64,000 bases of DNA from Candidatus Omnitrophota bacterium (GTDB lineage Bacteria; Omnitrophota; Gorgyraeia; Tantalellales; Tantalellaceae). This document shows positions 1 through 9,768 of the stretch, one piece after another; position 1 is the stretch's first letter; each line of letters opens with the position of its first letter. The notes under the pieces were generated by a model. It was not told where the DNA came from and made no database searches. It saw only the letters and a list, made by a program, of their open reading frames with translations. Made by a program: the position numbers and the translations under genes. The DNA is taken from contig JAYEOV010000035.1 of assembly GCA_034723315.1 (NCBI GenBank), positions 8,329 through 72,328 of the forward strand. The letters are read 5' to 3'.

Positions 1-87
1 AAAATATTAATCTTGTTAATAGAGTATTTAAACCCAAAGACTGAATTTGACCCGGCCAATTTTGCAATTCAACCCCTATAGCGCCCC

Positions 88-1692
88 ATGAACAAGAGCT
101 TTATAATCTTTTCAGTCGGCAAGCTGCTGGAAATCCTTGCTTTCATTCTCCTTATCCCGGCGATAATCGCTTTTTTCGAAATCCCGTCAAAAGTGTTCCC
201 CGACATCATTTTCAACTGTAAGCTCCTGGGATTTGTAATCGCGATAGTTTCCTCTTTCGTATGCGGAAACTTTCTTAAACTTATTGGCAGCAAAGAATTA
301 ACCGGAACCGGTATCAGGGAGGGCTTTGCTATCGTTACTTTCGGATGGCTTATTTTAACCCTTTTCGGTTCTATGCCCCTCTTCGTCTATTTCATCTCCC
401 AGGCTGAAACTGTTACGATGAACGTGGGGATCCGCGCGGTGACCGACTCCTATTTCGAGATCATGAGCGGTTTCACTACCACCGGAGCAACCATCCTGAC
501 AAATGTCGAAGCGCTTCCCCGCGGGATACTGTACTGGCGCAGCATGACTCACTGGCTCGGCGGCATGGGAATCGTGACAATGGCCCTCGCAATACTGCCA
601 GCTTTCGGCATCGCCAGTTATCAGATGTTCCGGGGTGAAGTGCCGGGGCCGACTTCCGAACGGCTCAAACCGCGTCTTGCCCAAACCGCCAAGATCCTGT
701 GGGGGGTCTACGCATTGCTGACCCTGGTCGAAATAATCCTTCTGAAATTCGGCGGCATGTCGTTTTTTGACGCGCAGTGCCACGCCTTCGGCACCATGGC
801 TACCGGCGGATTTTCCACGAAAAACACGTCTATCGGGGCCTACAACAGCGCTTACATTGATTGGGTCGTCATCGTTTTCATGTTCTTCGCCGGCATGAAT
901 TTTATCATTCACTACCAGGTTTTATTCGCCAGAAAATGGAACTTTCTAAAGAACAACCGGGAGTTCCGCTTTTACGCCGCAGTTCTATTAATAGCGATCT
1001 TACTCAGCACCGTTGTCCTTCAAATACGCGGTATTGCTCCGGAGGAACAGATCACTAACAGCTTCCGGAGCCAGCCCCTTTCGGAAAACGCGCTCACGAA
1101 AAAAATCGCCACAGAAGAAGCGAAGATCCGGCCGCCCTTTGACACGCTGCGCTACGCGGCGTTTCAGGTGGTATCCATAACAACTACTACCGGATACTCA
1201 ACAGCTGATACGGACATATGGCCTAATTTCATCCGTTTCATGCTTGTGGTCCTCATGTTCTTTGGGGGATGCGCCGGCTCTACCGGCGGCGGGATAAAAA
1301 TGACAAGGATCATGGTGGGTATCAAGGCCGCATGGCGAGAGGTGAAGACGCTTATTCAGCCACGGCTTATTTCGCCCATAAAGATAGCACGTAAGGAACT
1401 AAAGGAAAAACAGGTGGCTAATATCGTAGGGTTTATAGCGCTTTTTTTGGGATGCTTCGTGATCTTTTCTGCGATCATGAGCTTTCTGATAGATGATTTT
1501 ACCACGGCTGTCACATCGGTTGTTGCGACAATGTGCAATATCGGTCCCGGCCTTTCCGGCATCGGCACAACAGAAAATTATGCATGGATCCCGATCTCTG
1601 GAAAATGGATCCTCGCCCTTTGCATGCTCCTCGGACGACTGGAAATCTACACCGTTCTTATCGCCCTTTCCCCGATATCATGGAAAAAATAA
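88..1692 (+). CDS. trkH: TrkH/KtrB family K+ uptake transporter
   Basis: 534 aa polytopic membrane protein with repeated TTTGYS / GGCAGSTGGGIKMTR selectivity-filter-like motifs typical of TrkH/KtrB. Confidence 0.8.
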   Translation: MNKSFIIFSVGKLLEILAFILLIPAIIAFFEIPSKVFPDIIFNCKLLGFVIAIVSSFVCGNFLKLIGSKELTGTGIREGFAIVTFGWLILTLFGSMPLFVYFISQAETVTMNVGIRAVTDSYFEIMSGFTTTGATILTNVEALPRGILYWRSMTHWLGGMGIVTMALAILPAFGIASYQMFRGEVPGPTSERLKPRLAQTAKILWGVYALLTLVEIILLKFGGMSFFDAQCHAFGTMATGGFSTKNTSIGAYNSAYIDWVVIVFMFFAGMNFIIHYQVLFARKWNFLKNNREFRFYAAVLLIAILLSTVVLQIRGIAPEEQITNSFRSQPLSENALTKKIATEEAKIRPPFDTLRYAAFQVVSITTTTGYSTADTDIWPNFIRFMLVVLMFFGGCAGSTGGGIKMTRIMVGIKAAWREVKTLIQPRLISPIKIARKELKEKQVANIVGFIALFLGCFVIFSAIMSFLIDDFTTAVTSVVATMCNIGPGLSGIGTTENYAWIPISGKWILALCMLLGRLEIYTVLIALSPISWKK

Positions 1693-2011
1693 TGTCGGGA
1701 AGGGAGGAATTCGGTTAAAGCGTTTTCCCTATCTCCTTTGGAAAACTTGTGTCGTTTGCGATTTTAAAGCTTAATCTGTCCCCTTTTTTGTTCTCAAAGA
1801 TATCCCCAGGAATATTTGCCCGATCAATTTTTCAAACGATACAAGAACTTGAGAACTTCCAGGCTACAGCGGGTATCAAACAAAGTCCAACGGAGCCCTA
1901 TTAACGCGAATATAAAGGCGAAGGTGGACGCGATCTCCATATTCTTAAAAATTCTTAAAATCTTTGGTTTTCAAGCTGTAGGGTGGTACCTAATGGGGCG
2001 TCCCCGAATAT

Positions 2012-3285
2012 TTACATGTCGGGGATCTGGCTGGAGTCGGCTTTGGAAGATCTTGAAACATAACATGTAAAATTATATTTCACATATCGCACGCCGGGTT
2101 TGATGTTAATGACCCCTGTTTCCTTTCCAATTTTAAAAAGGATAACTATCATGAAGATCAAGAATGTAATGAGGCCTAAAAACGACTTTTTACCTGATGA
2201 GCGTGCTCGAAGGACAGCAATTATACTGGGCAAGATCCCAAAGAGTACCGCTATTCCCAACGCGCCTACCATATCAAGAGCCGTAAGGAATATTTTCGGA
2301 AAGATAAGCGTCACTATGAGCGGCGGTCCGAAAGATAACAGGACTATAAGCAACCTGTTCGACTTTTTGAAATAGTTTGTCAAAAAATCGTCTATAAACT
2401 CCATAAGACCGTATCCGTTGGTGAGATATGAAGTTATTATCGCAAGGAGAGCAAACAGCAGCGAAAATGTAATAAATGCCGGTGATCCTATGATCTGCGA
2501 TAACGGCACGGTGGACGGTAAGTTATTCTGAAAAGCCTCTGTTATGCTTATATTGCCATCGATCGGAAGCGCGCCTAAGCTGACCTGAACCCAAAGGGCC
2601 GTTATAGCATATCCTGCGAGAACACCTATAAGCATTGATGTTAATATAGCGGGTCGCCTCCACCCGAGATCCTTACAAATGTTCGGAATAATGTTATGAA
2701 AGCTTAGCGCGGTTATCAGGACCGGAACGGTACAAGGCAGGAATTTCCAGTCCATGTAACGAAGGCGTTCGGGTCTATATGTTTTTCTGCCATAATTACA
2801 AGAACAGCGAAAGACAACCACAATAAGATCACGAACAAAGCAGTATAGTTCTTAAGTAAGCGCGGATTCATTATGGTGAGCCCCGTGATTATTACAAAAA
2901 ATGTTAAAGTAACTACGACTCCGGGGACGGGAATGGCGATCAGATCTTTTATGATAATTGTGGCACCTGAAAGATAAACCATAAGAAAACCGTAAAAGAT
3001 TATAAGATTTGATATGACAGCGATCCATTTACCCGTAGAACCCAGGTAGGCCTGGTAAAGGCTTGGATAATGGAATTTGGGGTTCCTGGTCATGATCGCC
3101 TCATTCCCTAACGTAACTGCTGTAAAGAACAGAGCCGCTCCTATCAAAAGAATACCTAAAATGGAAGGGATAAATCCGGCAAAACCTGCTTGTATAGGCA
3201 AGCCTAAAATTCCCGCGCCGACAAGATTCCCTGTAATAAAAAAGGCCATCAATATTACTGTTAAAAAAGCAGGCTTTTCATTCAT
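2012..3285 (-). pseudogene. HAAAP-family aromatic amino acid (Tyr/Trp) permease, frameshifted
   Basis: Two overlapping ORFs (2716..3285 and 2012..2821) in different frames. Together they give a ~420-aa TyrP/Mtr/TnaB-like permease (N-term GAGILGLP motif). The frame switch is near 2765-2790. Confidence 0.55.
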
Positions 3286-3443
3286 TTTTAAAACGCTCTT
3301 TAAAATAATATTCGGAAAACAGAACCTGTTCTATCCTGCCCCCTGAACTTTTTTCTGTCTATATTGTTCAAAAACCCTGGTATCAAGTTGTATTACTATT
3401 TCTTCGCACAGTTCACGTAGATCGTTTTTTCCAATAAGAAAGT

Positions 3444-6158
3444 TTATTTTTTCTCCTTGAGCTCTATCAAGGCCTCTCTTGCGCCAAGGCATAGCGCTTC
3501 ATAACCATCTTTAGCGCCCGATTTATAGCCCTCTTTTTCCATGTCTTCGGGATCCAGGGCCTTGCCAAATCTTACTTTTATTGGATGACGTTTGGGGAAT
3601 TTAGACGTTCTTGGCCAGGCCTGATATGTTCCTTCTAATACAACCGGCACGAGTTTTGCTTTTGACTCCTTTGCCAGAATACCGAATCCTTTCTTGAACT
3701 CGTTTATATTTCCGTTCAGCGTGCGTAGACCTTCCGGGAACAGGCACAAATTTCTGCCTTTCTTCAGCACATAATAACAACTTCTCAGGGCCTCCAAAAA
3801 GTGTGAATAAAAATCAAGAGGGATAATTCTTCCTATTTTTATAAGGTTACGGATGATGGGAACAGCAAAATACGGCCTGAAACCAACAAAAAACAGATCC
3901 AATTTAGGAAAATTGGGCAAAGAAGTCGCGACAAGAAACCCATCCAGATAGCTTGTATGGTTTACGTATAATATATACGGGCCGCTTTCGGGGACATTAT
4001 TTCTTCCTTCCACTTTCATGCTGAAAAATATCTTGAAGATCATATAAAACGGGCAAAGAAACAGGAAACAACCCAGCCATACTACGAATCCCGGCTTTAA
4101 ATCGATCTTGTCCAGATTTTCCTTTTTGGGCAGGAGCTGAAAAAGAGTTTTCCAATATTCAGGACCGGAAGTTATCACCCTTTCAGATACAGGCAAAGCT
4201 TCCGTTTCCTCTTTTAAAAGCGCTTCAATGCCCACGATCAGGTCTTTAACGGTAAATGCCCTCCCGACGATCTCAGCCTCTATTTTTATGCCAAATATTT
4301 TTTCAAGACCTGAAGCAAGCTCGATCCTGCCCAAAGAATCTATACCAAGGTCAAGTTCCAGTAAGTCTCCCGGTGTAACGGCCCTCTTGATGGCGGTCTG
4401 TTCTTCAAGATAACTCATTATTTTCCTGCCGGCCCCCGACTCCATTATTTCCAGATCTTCTTTTGACAATTCCCCTGGTCCCGGAACGTATTCTTTTTCT
4501 TCAAGTATTTTAGGCGTATAAAGCTCTTTAACAGCGAACCTCTGGATCTTACCCAGGACAGTGCGCGGAAGCTTTTCAAGCGTTATAAAAAACCCCATGA
4601 TCCTTTTATGAGGAGGCAAGCTTCTCGAAACATTATCGAGTCTTTCCTTGATCACGCTCCTTAAGTTTATTTCTCCGAATTTTCTGAAAAACTCGAGATC
4701 GGGCACAATGACAGCCCACAATACCAGGTTCTCTTCCAGGCCTTTTTTAGCGGGAAGTTCGAATACGCACATCTCCTTAACCGGCGTGTGACTGGAATAT
4801 GCTTCTTCTATTTCTTCAGGGTAAATATTCAAACCAGAACTTAAGACAACCACCTCTTTTAACCTCCCGGTTAAAAATAAATACCCGTCTTTATCAATAT
4901 ACCCGAGATCGCCCGTATGAAACCATCCGTCTTTTATGGCCTGCGCGGTCAGGTCTTTTCTCCGATAATACCCTTCCATGACATTCGGCCCGCGCACGAT
5001 AACTTCGCCTGTGCCTTTTTCGTCTTTATCTATGATCTTTAATTCTACATCGGGGATAGGCAGCCCGACTGAGCCGATCTTCGGCTTCTTTAAAGGATTT
5101 GCGGTCAGGATCGGCGATGTCTCAGTTAGACCGTAACCCTCTAATATCGTAAACCCGAGTTTAAACAACATTCTCTCGGCGCCTTCATCAAGTTTCGCGC
5201 CTCCACTCATAAACAGCCGCATTGACCTTCCGAACCTCCTGTGAATACCATAAAGAAAATAACGCGGCAAATTAATGCCTGTCTTCACCCTGATCTTATA
5301 TAAAACTTCAAGGGTTAGCCTGAACAGAAGATCAACCGGAAAAGGTATTCTTTTTAACGTCTCTGTGATCTTTTGATAAAACGAGTAAAAAATCTGCGGC
5401 ACGGCAACAAAAACGCTCGCGTTCAGTTGTCTCATGGCTTCCAGAACGGTTTCTCCCCGCATGGTCCCGGGATATATAATCCTGCCGCCGCACAAGAACG
5501 GAAATAACATTGTCACCGTTAACGAATAAGCGTGATGCAGGGGAAGGATCGAGATAACGCTATCATCCGGCGTAACCAGGTTCAGCCTGTGTAGAGAATC
5601 GCAGTTAGCGAACAAATTCCTGTGCGAGAGCACAACGCCTTTTGGTTCAGCGGTAGTGCCTGAAGTGTATAAAATACACGCCGGATCATCGCCTCCGATC
5701 TCCACATCCTTAATCTGTTCGGGCGACCTTTTTACCGCGTCCTTAAACGCGTCTGAATCCACAGAAATGACCCTTTTTATTGATGGACATCTCCGGCAGA
5801 TCTCTTCCATTAATCTGAAGGAGGACTCGCCCGTAAAAGCAAATTTGCATTCAGAATCCTTTAAAATATTCTCGACCTCTTCCCGGGTAGATTCGGGATT
5901 GAGGGGGATAGAAATCGCTCCCGCGGATACTGTGGAGAAAAATATCAATGGCCATTCGGGTCTGTTATCCAGCAAAATGGCGATCTTATCATGTTTCTTA
6001 ATGCCCTCTTCTAATAAAGACGCAGAGAGCCTTTCCACGTCTTGTCTGAATTCGCCAAAAAGAACATCGCCCCATTCATTACCTTTATTGTATTGAATTG
6101 CCACTCTGCCGGAATATTCTAACGAGATAGCTTTAAACTTGTCTCTTAAATTCCGCAC
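3444..6158 (-). CDS. Tri-domain fusion: long-chain acyl-CoA/ACP synthetase (AMP-binding) - acyl carrier (PP-binding) domain - PlsC-type lysophospholipid acyltransferase
   Basis: AMP-binding signature YTSGTTAEPKG, GYGLTETS, TGDLG; carrier domain LGIDSLGRIEL; hydrophobic segment, then NHTSYLDG (HX4D) and FPEGLRT acyltransferase blocks. Confidence 0.75.
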   Translation of the reverse strand: MRNLRDKFKAISLEYSGRVAIQYNKGNEWGDVLFGEFRQDVERLSASLLEEGIKKHDKIAILLDNRPEWPLIFFSTVSAGAISIPLNPESTREEVENILKDSECKFAFTGESSFRLMEEICRRCPSIKRVISVDSDAFKDAVKRSPEQIKDVEIGGDDPACILYTSGTTAEPKGVVLSHRNLFANCDSLHRLNLVTPDDSVISILPLHHAYSLTVTMLFPFLCGGRIIYPGTMRGETVLEAMRQLNASVFVAVPQIFYSFYQKITETLKRIPFPVDLLFRLTLEVLYKIRVKTGINLPRYFLYGIHRRFGRSMRLFMSGGAKLDEGAERMLFKLGFTILEGYGLTETSPILTANPLKKPKIGSVGLPIPDVELKIIDKDEKGTGEVIVRGPNVMEGYYRRKDLTAQAIKDGWFHTGDLGYIDKDGYLFLTGRLKEVVVLSSGLNIYPEEIEEAYSSHTPVKEMCVFELPAKKGLEENLVLWAVIVPDLEFFRKFGEINLRSVIKERLDNVSRSLPPHKRIMGFFITLEKLPRTVLGKIQRFAVKELYTPKILEEKEYVPGPGELSKEDLEIMESGAGRKIMSYLEEQTAIKRAVTPGDLLELDLGIDSLGRIELASGLEKIFGIKIEAEIVGRAFTVKDLIVGIEALLKEETEALPVSERVITSGPEYWKTLFQLLPKKENLDKIDLKPGFVVWLGCFLFLCPFYMIFKIFFSMKVEGRNNVPESGPYILYVNHTSYLDGFLVATSLPNFPKLDLFFVGFRPYFAVPIIRNLIKIGRIIPLDFYSHFLEALRSCYYVLKKGRNLCLFPEGLRTLNGNINEFKKGFGILAKESKAKLVPVVLEGTYQAWPRTSKFPKRHPIKVRFGKALDPEDMEKEGYKSGAKDGYEALCLGAREALIELKEKK

Positions 6159-6232
6159 TATAGTAAAGTCCTCTTTATATCAAAAATAAATTCAGTGGAT
6201 ATCTATTATAATAATACCTGAACTCTTTGGCC

Positions 6233-6913
6233 TTACACAGGCAATACATAAAATAATATTGCAAAATAATGACACATACTGCCACCCAGAACAAATAAAT
6301 GCCATATCGTATGGTGAAAAGGGAACTTAATAAAAAAATGAAAGATCCCCAAGCTATAGAACATTCCACCTGCGACCAGCCAGCTGATCGCCCCGTAAGG
6401 AATGTTTTTTACTATCGGGTATAAGATAACAAGCGCAAGCCACCCCATTATCAAATAACTGACAGTAGATAGAACTACAAACCTGTCTACAAAGAACATT
6501 TGAAATATTATCCCCGCTAATGTTAGCCCCCAGATCGCGCCCAAAAAAGTCCAACCCAGTTTACCTCTTAACAAAACAAGTATAAAAGGAGTGTATGAAC
6601 CGGCGATCAAAAGATAGATGGTAGAATGGTCTATTTTCTTAAATATGTATTTTAAACGCGCTAAGGAAAAACTATGATATAACGTAGAGGCAGCATATAA
6701 TGCGATCAAACAACCGCCGTAAATGCTGAAACTAACAACCCGCCATGTGTCCCCATGGAGGCTGGCCGATACAACCAGAACAAGAAAACCTGCAATGCTC
6801 AACAAAAAGCCAATGCCATGCGTGGCGCTGTTCGCTATCTCTTCCTTTAAAGACTGCTTGTATTTCTCCATAATTTTCCCTTTTATTCTACCCCAAACAA
6901 AAATCCCCTGCAA
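6233..6913 (-). CDS. Hemolysin III / PAQR family 7-TM protein
   Basis: 226 aa, 7 predicted TM helices, conserved His-containing motifs (HSFSLARL, HLFVLGGSMCHY). Confidence 0.7.
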   Translation of the reverse strand: MQGIFVWGRIKGKIMEKYKQSLKEEIANSATHGIGFLLSIAGFLVLVVSASLHGDTWRVVSFSIYGGCLIALYAASTLYHSFSLARLKYIFKKIDHSTIYLLIAGSYTPFILVLLRGKLGWTFLGAIWGLTLAGIIFQMFFVDRFVVLSTVSYLIMGWLALVILYPIVKNIPYGAISWLVAGGMFYSLGIFHFFIKFPFHHTIWHLFVLGGSMCHYFAILFYVLPV

Positions 6914-6955
6914 CGAAAAGAAATTGCTCCAGCGGCTTTAACAATTCGCCAGAGG

Positions 6956-7003
6956 CCATTTCATAACCCCGTTAGAAAATAATTATTCTAACGGGGCGAA
7001 CGG
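6956..7003. repeat. Mini/solo copy of MITE terminal sequence (CCATTTCATAACCCCGTT ... AACGGGGCGAACGG hairpin)
   Basis: Matches the left TIR plus an inverted copy of the CCGTTCG segment of the element family seen at 26489, 33403, 42657, 48573. Confidence 0.4.
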
Positions 7004-7025
7004 TAAAAAATCCACCAAAACGTTA

Positions 7026-7553
7026 TTGTATCCTGCTCAAATTAATGATAAATTTGTATACATGAAGAACATATCATGGGGCAAAATAACCCTTGTAAGT
7101 ATAATTGCACTTACCGCGCATATAACCTGCTGTCTTTTCAATACACAGTTCGCAAAAATCACAATAGATTACTTTGCTTTTATAACAGGAATATTCTTAG
7201 TGACCGAAGGACTTTACAAGATATCCAGATCAAAAGCCCCTTTTTTCCCGGACCAGTTCCTGAGAGGTTTCCGGGTCGTGATCGGCTTCTGGATCTTCAC
7301 GATACATCTCTTTCAATTTATGAAGTACCGGGTTTTCTCCGCGCAGATAGCTGAAATTACAATAGATTATAAAGATTACTTTCCTTTTTTGGCAGGAATA
7401 ATTTTAGTAGCGGATGGTCTTTACAGGATATCCAGATCAAAAGCCCTTTTTTTCCCGGACCAGTTCCTGAGGATCATCCGCATTGTCATCGGCACATGTC
7501 TTTTCACAATACACCTTTTGCAATTCATGCACAGCGGCGCAACTTACTTTTAA
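7026..7553 (+). CDS. Hypothetical membrane protein with internal tandem duplication (2 x ~85 aa, 4 TM)
   Basis: Two repeats: ITIDYFAFITGIFLVTEGLYKISRSKAPFFPDQFLR... and ITIDYKDYFPFLAGIILVADGLYRISRSKALFFPDQFLR...; also visible at DNA level (7230-7265 vs 7435-7470). Confidence 0.4.
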   Translation: MYPAQINDKFVYMKNISWGKITLVSIIALTAHITCCLFNTQFAKITIDYFAFITGIFLVTEGLYKISRSKAPFFPDQFLRGFRVVIGFWIFTIHLFQFMKYRVFSAQIAEITIDYKDYFPFLAGIILVADGLYRISRSKALFFPDQFLRIIRIVIGTCLFTIHLLQFMHSGATYF

Positions 7554-7576
7554 GCCTAACAGTTTAAATTCCTTCT

Positions 7577-7990
7577 TTAAACCGGTTTTCGCTTAAACAT
7601 TTTCTTTATTTTTGTCGGTGGTTTAATAATAAATACTACTGTAGTAAGTAAAGCAATAAACACTGTCGGAATCAATATTATTAGAGGATTGAAGTCCGGG
7701 TAAACTAATTTTTCAATATAGTGAACCACGAACGACCCGGGATACCTTAATTTAGAATCGTATCTTGTCCTTAAGCTGTTTTCCAATATTGTTAAAGGAC
7801 AATACTGTCCCAAGACCGCCAAAAGCCCGACATAAACTATACCGCACAGGTGAAGTATTCTAAACAGACACCAATCGAAAAATCTTTTCCAAAAGAAACC
7901 AAATAAAGTAAGAATAAACCCTGCTAACATAAATAATATCCAGATAAGATGTACAATTACGATCAGATCAGCGAGGACTTTATATAACAT
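7577..7990 (-). CDS. Hypothetical membrane protein (DUF2784-like)
   Basis: 137 aa, 3-4 TM helices, downstream of CPBP protease on same strand. Confidence 0.35.
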   Translation of the reverse strand: MLYKVLADLIVIVHLIWILFMLAGFILTLFGFFWKRFFDWCLFRILHLCGIVYVGLLAVLGQYCPLTILENSLRTRYDSKLRYPGSFVVHYIEKLVYPDFNPLIILIPTVFIALLTTVVFIIKPPTKIKKMFKRKPV

Positions 7991-8111
7991 TTTTTTGCTC
8001 AGCGATTTTTTTAGAAAGTAAGGGGCAGGTCTTAAAATTTAACTTAACGAATTTAGGGAGCACATAATAACTTAAATTTTAAGACTTGACCCCTTTTTCG
8101 GCATGGATCTC

Positions 8112-8831
8112 TTACGAAAACACGAAATATCTCCACACAAGAAACGCGGTGATCCCGTGAGAAAGGGCCGGACCCCATATATTGCCGAAATATTCATACA
8201 GATATCCCCAGATCGCTCCGGTTAAGGCTATGAGCCCCAGTAAAAAAAGCCCCTCTTTGAAAGGGATGATAAAGAATATGTAGAAATGCACCAGGCTGAA
8301 AAGGACCGCTGTTATCCATATTGAGGCGTTTTTTGGGAGAGCTTTTGAGATCTTCCTCTGGATGAATCCCCGCCAGAATATCTCCTCGCCCAATCCTACC
8401 AGAAAAATAGAAAAGATCAGGGACGAGAAGACCCATATTAGTTCATTCCCCGCTGTAAGAAGCCTGAACCCCAACTCCCCTTGAAAAGAGATCCTTAGGC
8501 CAAAAGATTGAAGAAAGTTGTTTATTTCACCCGCCCTGTCTATATGGTAGCACGTCATTCCCAGAGCCCTCAGGATAAATCCTCCGAAAAAAGCGATGAT
8601 GAGGCCGGTCAAGATGCCTGCGGTGATGGAAGGCCACAAAGATCTTCTTTTAAGGCCGAGAGAGCGCAGGCCTTCCCCTAGAATGCCGATTTGCCAGACC
8701 AGGGGGATGGAAAACGTAAAGGAAAAGGAGCCGTACACGCCGAAGGCCAGAAGCAAAAGGGGCGCGGCGATCGCCGCGATAGAGACAGCGAAACGGCCTG
8801 TTACAGGTATTTTATATCCGTGGTGTGTCAT
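8112..8831 (-). CDS. CPBP (CAAX/Abi) family intramembrane metalloprotease
   Basis: EEIFWRGF (EExxxR), FSLVHF (FxxxH) and ALSHG motifs in polytopic membrane protein. Confidence 0.7.
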   Translation of the reverse strand: MTHHGYKIPVTGRFAVSIAAIAAPLLLLAFGVYGSFSFTFSIPLVWQIGILGEGLRSLGLKRRSLWPSITAGILTGLIIAFFGGFILRALGMTCYHIDRAGEINNFLQSFGLRISFQGELGFRLLTAGNELIWVFSSLIFSIFLVGLGEEIFWRGFIQRKISKALPKNASIWITAVLFSLVHFYIFFIIPFKEGLFLLGLIALTGAIWGYLYEYFGNIWGPALSHGITAFLVWRYFVFS

Positions 8832-8973
8832 CTTACTTATTGTATATCAGGAAAGCGGGAATGACAATGTTACTTATTTCGGCGGCAGGCGACGGACATT
8901 GTCATCCGCATGATCTTGTGATGATGCGGCCACGGCTACTGATACTGCTGAGTGCATAAAAACGGCATTAAGA

Positions 8974-9204
8974 TCACCGCCGCCAGTATCCGGGGATCCA
9001 TACATATACCCTACATTTTCGTTTCCATTTCCAGTGCCCTGGCACCCAGACAGCCCTCCTGTAAGGGCATCGGGGACGGATCTCGATCTTAAGGGGAGGA
9101 GGATCGGGTCTGTCTTTTATGATAACCGTTTTTCTCGTAGTGCATCCGCTGGTAAGGACCGCGGCAAACAAGATCATTAAAACAGCAAAATGCCCCTTTT
9201 TCAT
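8974..9204 (-). CDS. Small lipoprotein with two W-x-PG-x-W repeats
   Basis: Lipobox LTSGC; VWVPGHWKWK / YVWIPGYWRR repeats; probable start at internal Met (MKKGHF). Track ORF 8974..9216. Confidence 0.4.
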   Translation of the reverse strand: MKKGHFAVLMILFAAVLTSGCTTRKTVIIKDRPDPPPLKIEIRPRCPYRRAVWVPGHWKWKRKCRVYVWIPGYWRR

Positions 9205-9641
9205 CAGAACCTCCATTTTTCAAGTTTTCTCGTAAGCTTCCTGTATTGCCGGGGGGTAAGGATCTCTTTTATCGCGAGCATCCCTTCTATCCGGACAAGC
9301 AGGATCTCCCCTTTTAACCTGGCAATCCTCCTCACAAGGGCGTCCACTTTCTCATGATCAACAGCATACCTTTTCATTTCTTCGCCCAGCGCTTCCATCC
9401 GGGCCTGAAGCTTGAGCGCCAGCTCTTTCAATATTCTTCTCTGCCTTCTTCGCTGCCTGTCGATCTGCCGTTCCTGTTTCGCGGCAAGGTCAAGTTCATC
9501 GAGGACGTCGTCTATCGTTTCCTCCTTTCTCTCCCATCCCTTGCTCTTTCCTTCGCAGGGATAAGCCCGGGCATCTACCGACGTAAGAAGCAGTGCGGCT
9601 ATCAGCATGGGGACTAATATTTTCGATCTTCTCATCTTCAT
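9204..9641 (-). CDS. Periplasmic LTXXQ-motif protein (Spy/CpxP family)
   Basis: Signal peptide MKMRRSKILVPMLIAALLL, coiled-coil, LTPRQ motif. Start is reassigned to ATG 9641 (good SD AGGAGG) because a sigmaE-type promoter lies inside the track ORF N-term (track ORF 9204..9698 uses a TTG). Confidence 0.6.
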   Translation of the reverse strand: MKMRRSKILVPMLIAALLLTSVDARAYPCEGKSKGWERKEETIDDVLDELDLAAKQERQIDRQRRRQRRILKELALKLQARMEALGEEMKRYAVDHEKVDALVRRIARLKGEILLVRIEGMLAIKEILTPRQYRKLTRKLEKWRF

Positions 9642-9663
9642 TTCAACCACCTCCTTTGTCTTT

Positions 9664-9693
9664 TTAGACAGAAGGAAAGGGAAAAAAAGTTCC
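9664..9693 (-). promoter_or_regulatory. ECF sigmaE-type promoter GGAACTT-N17-GTCTAA
   Basis: Minus-strand GGAACTTtttttcccttccttctGTCTAA about 20 nt upstream of SD/ATG of the LTXXQ gene. Same motif as at 32237 and 33335. Confidence 0.5.
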
Positions 9694-9768
9694 CGCAAAT
9701 TGAAGAATATCCAGGGATGGGTATGGGTTTGGTTTTGTAATTAGGTAATTAGGCCTGACACTTTATTA

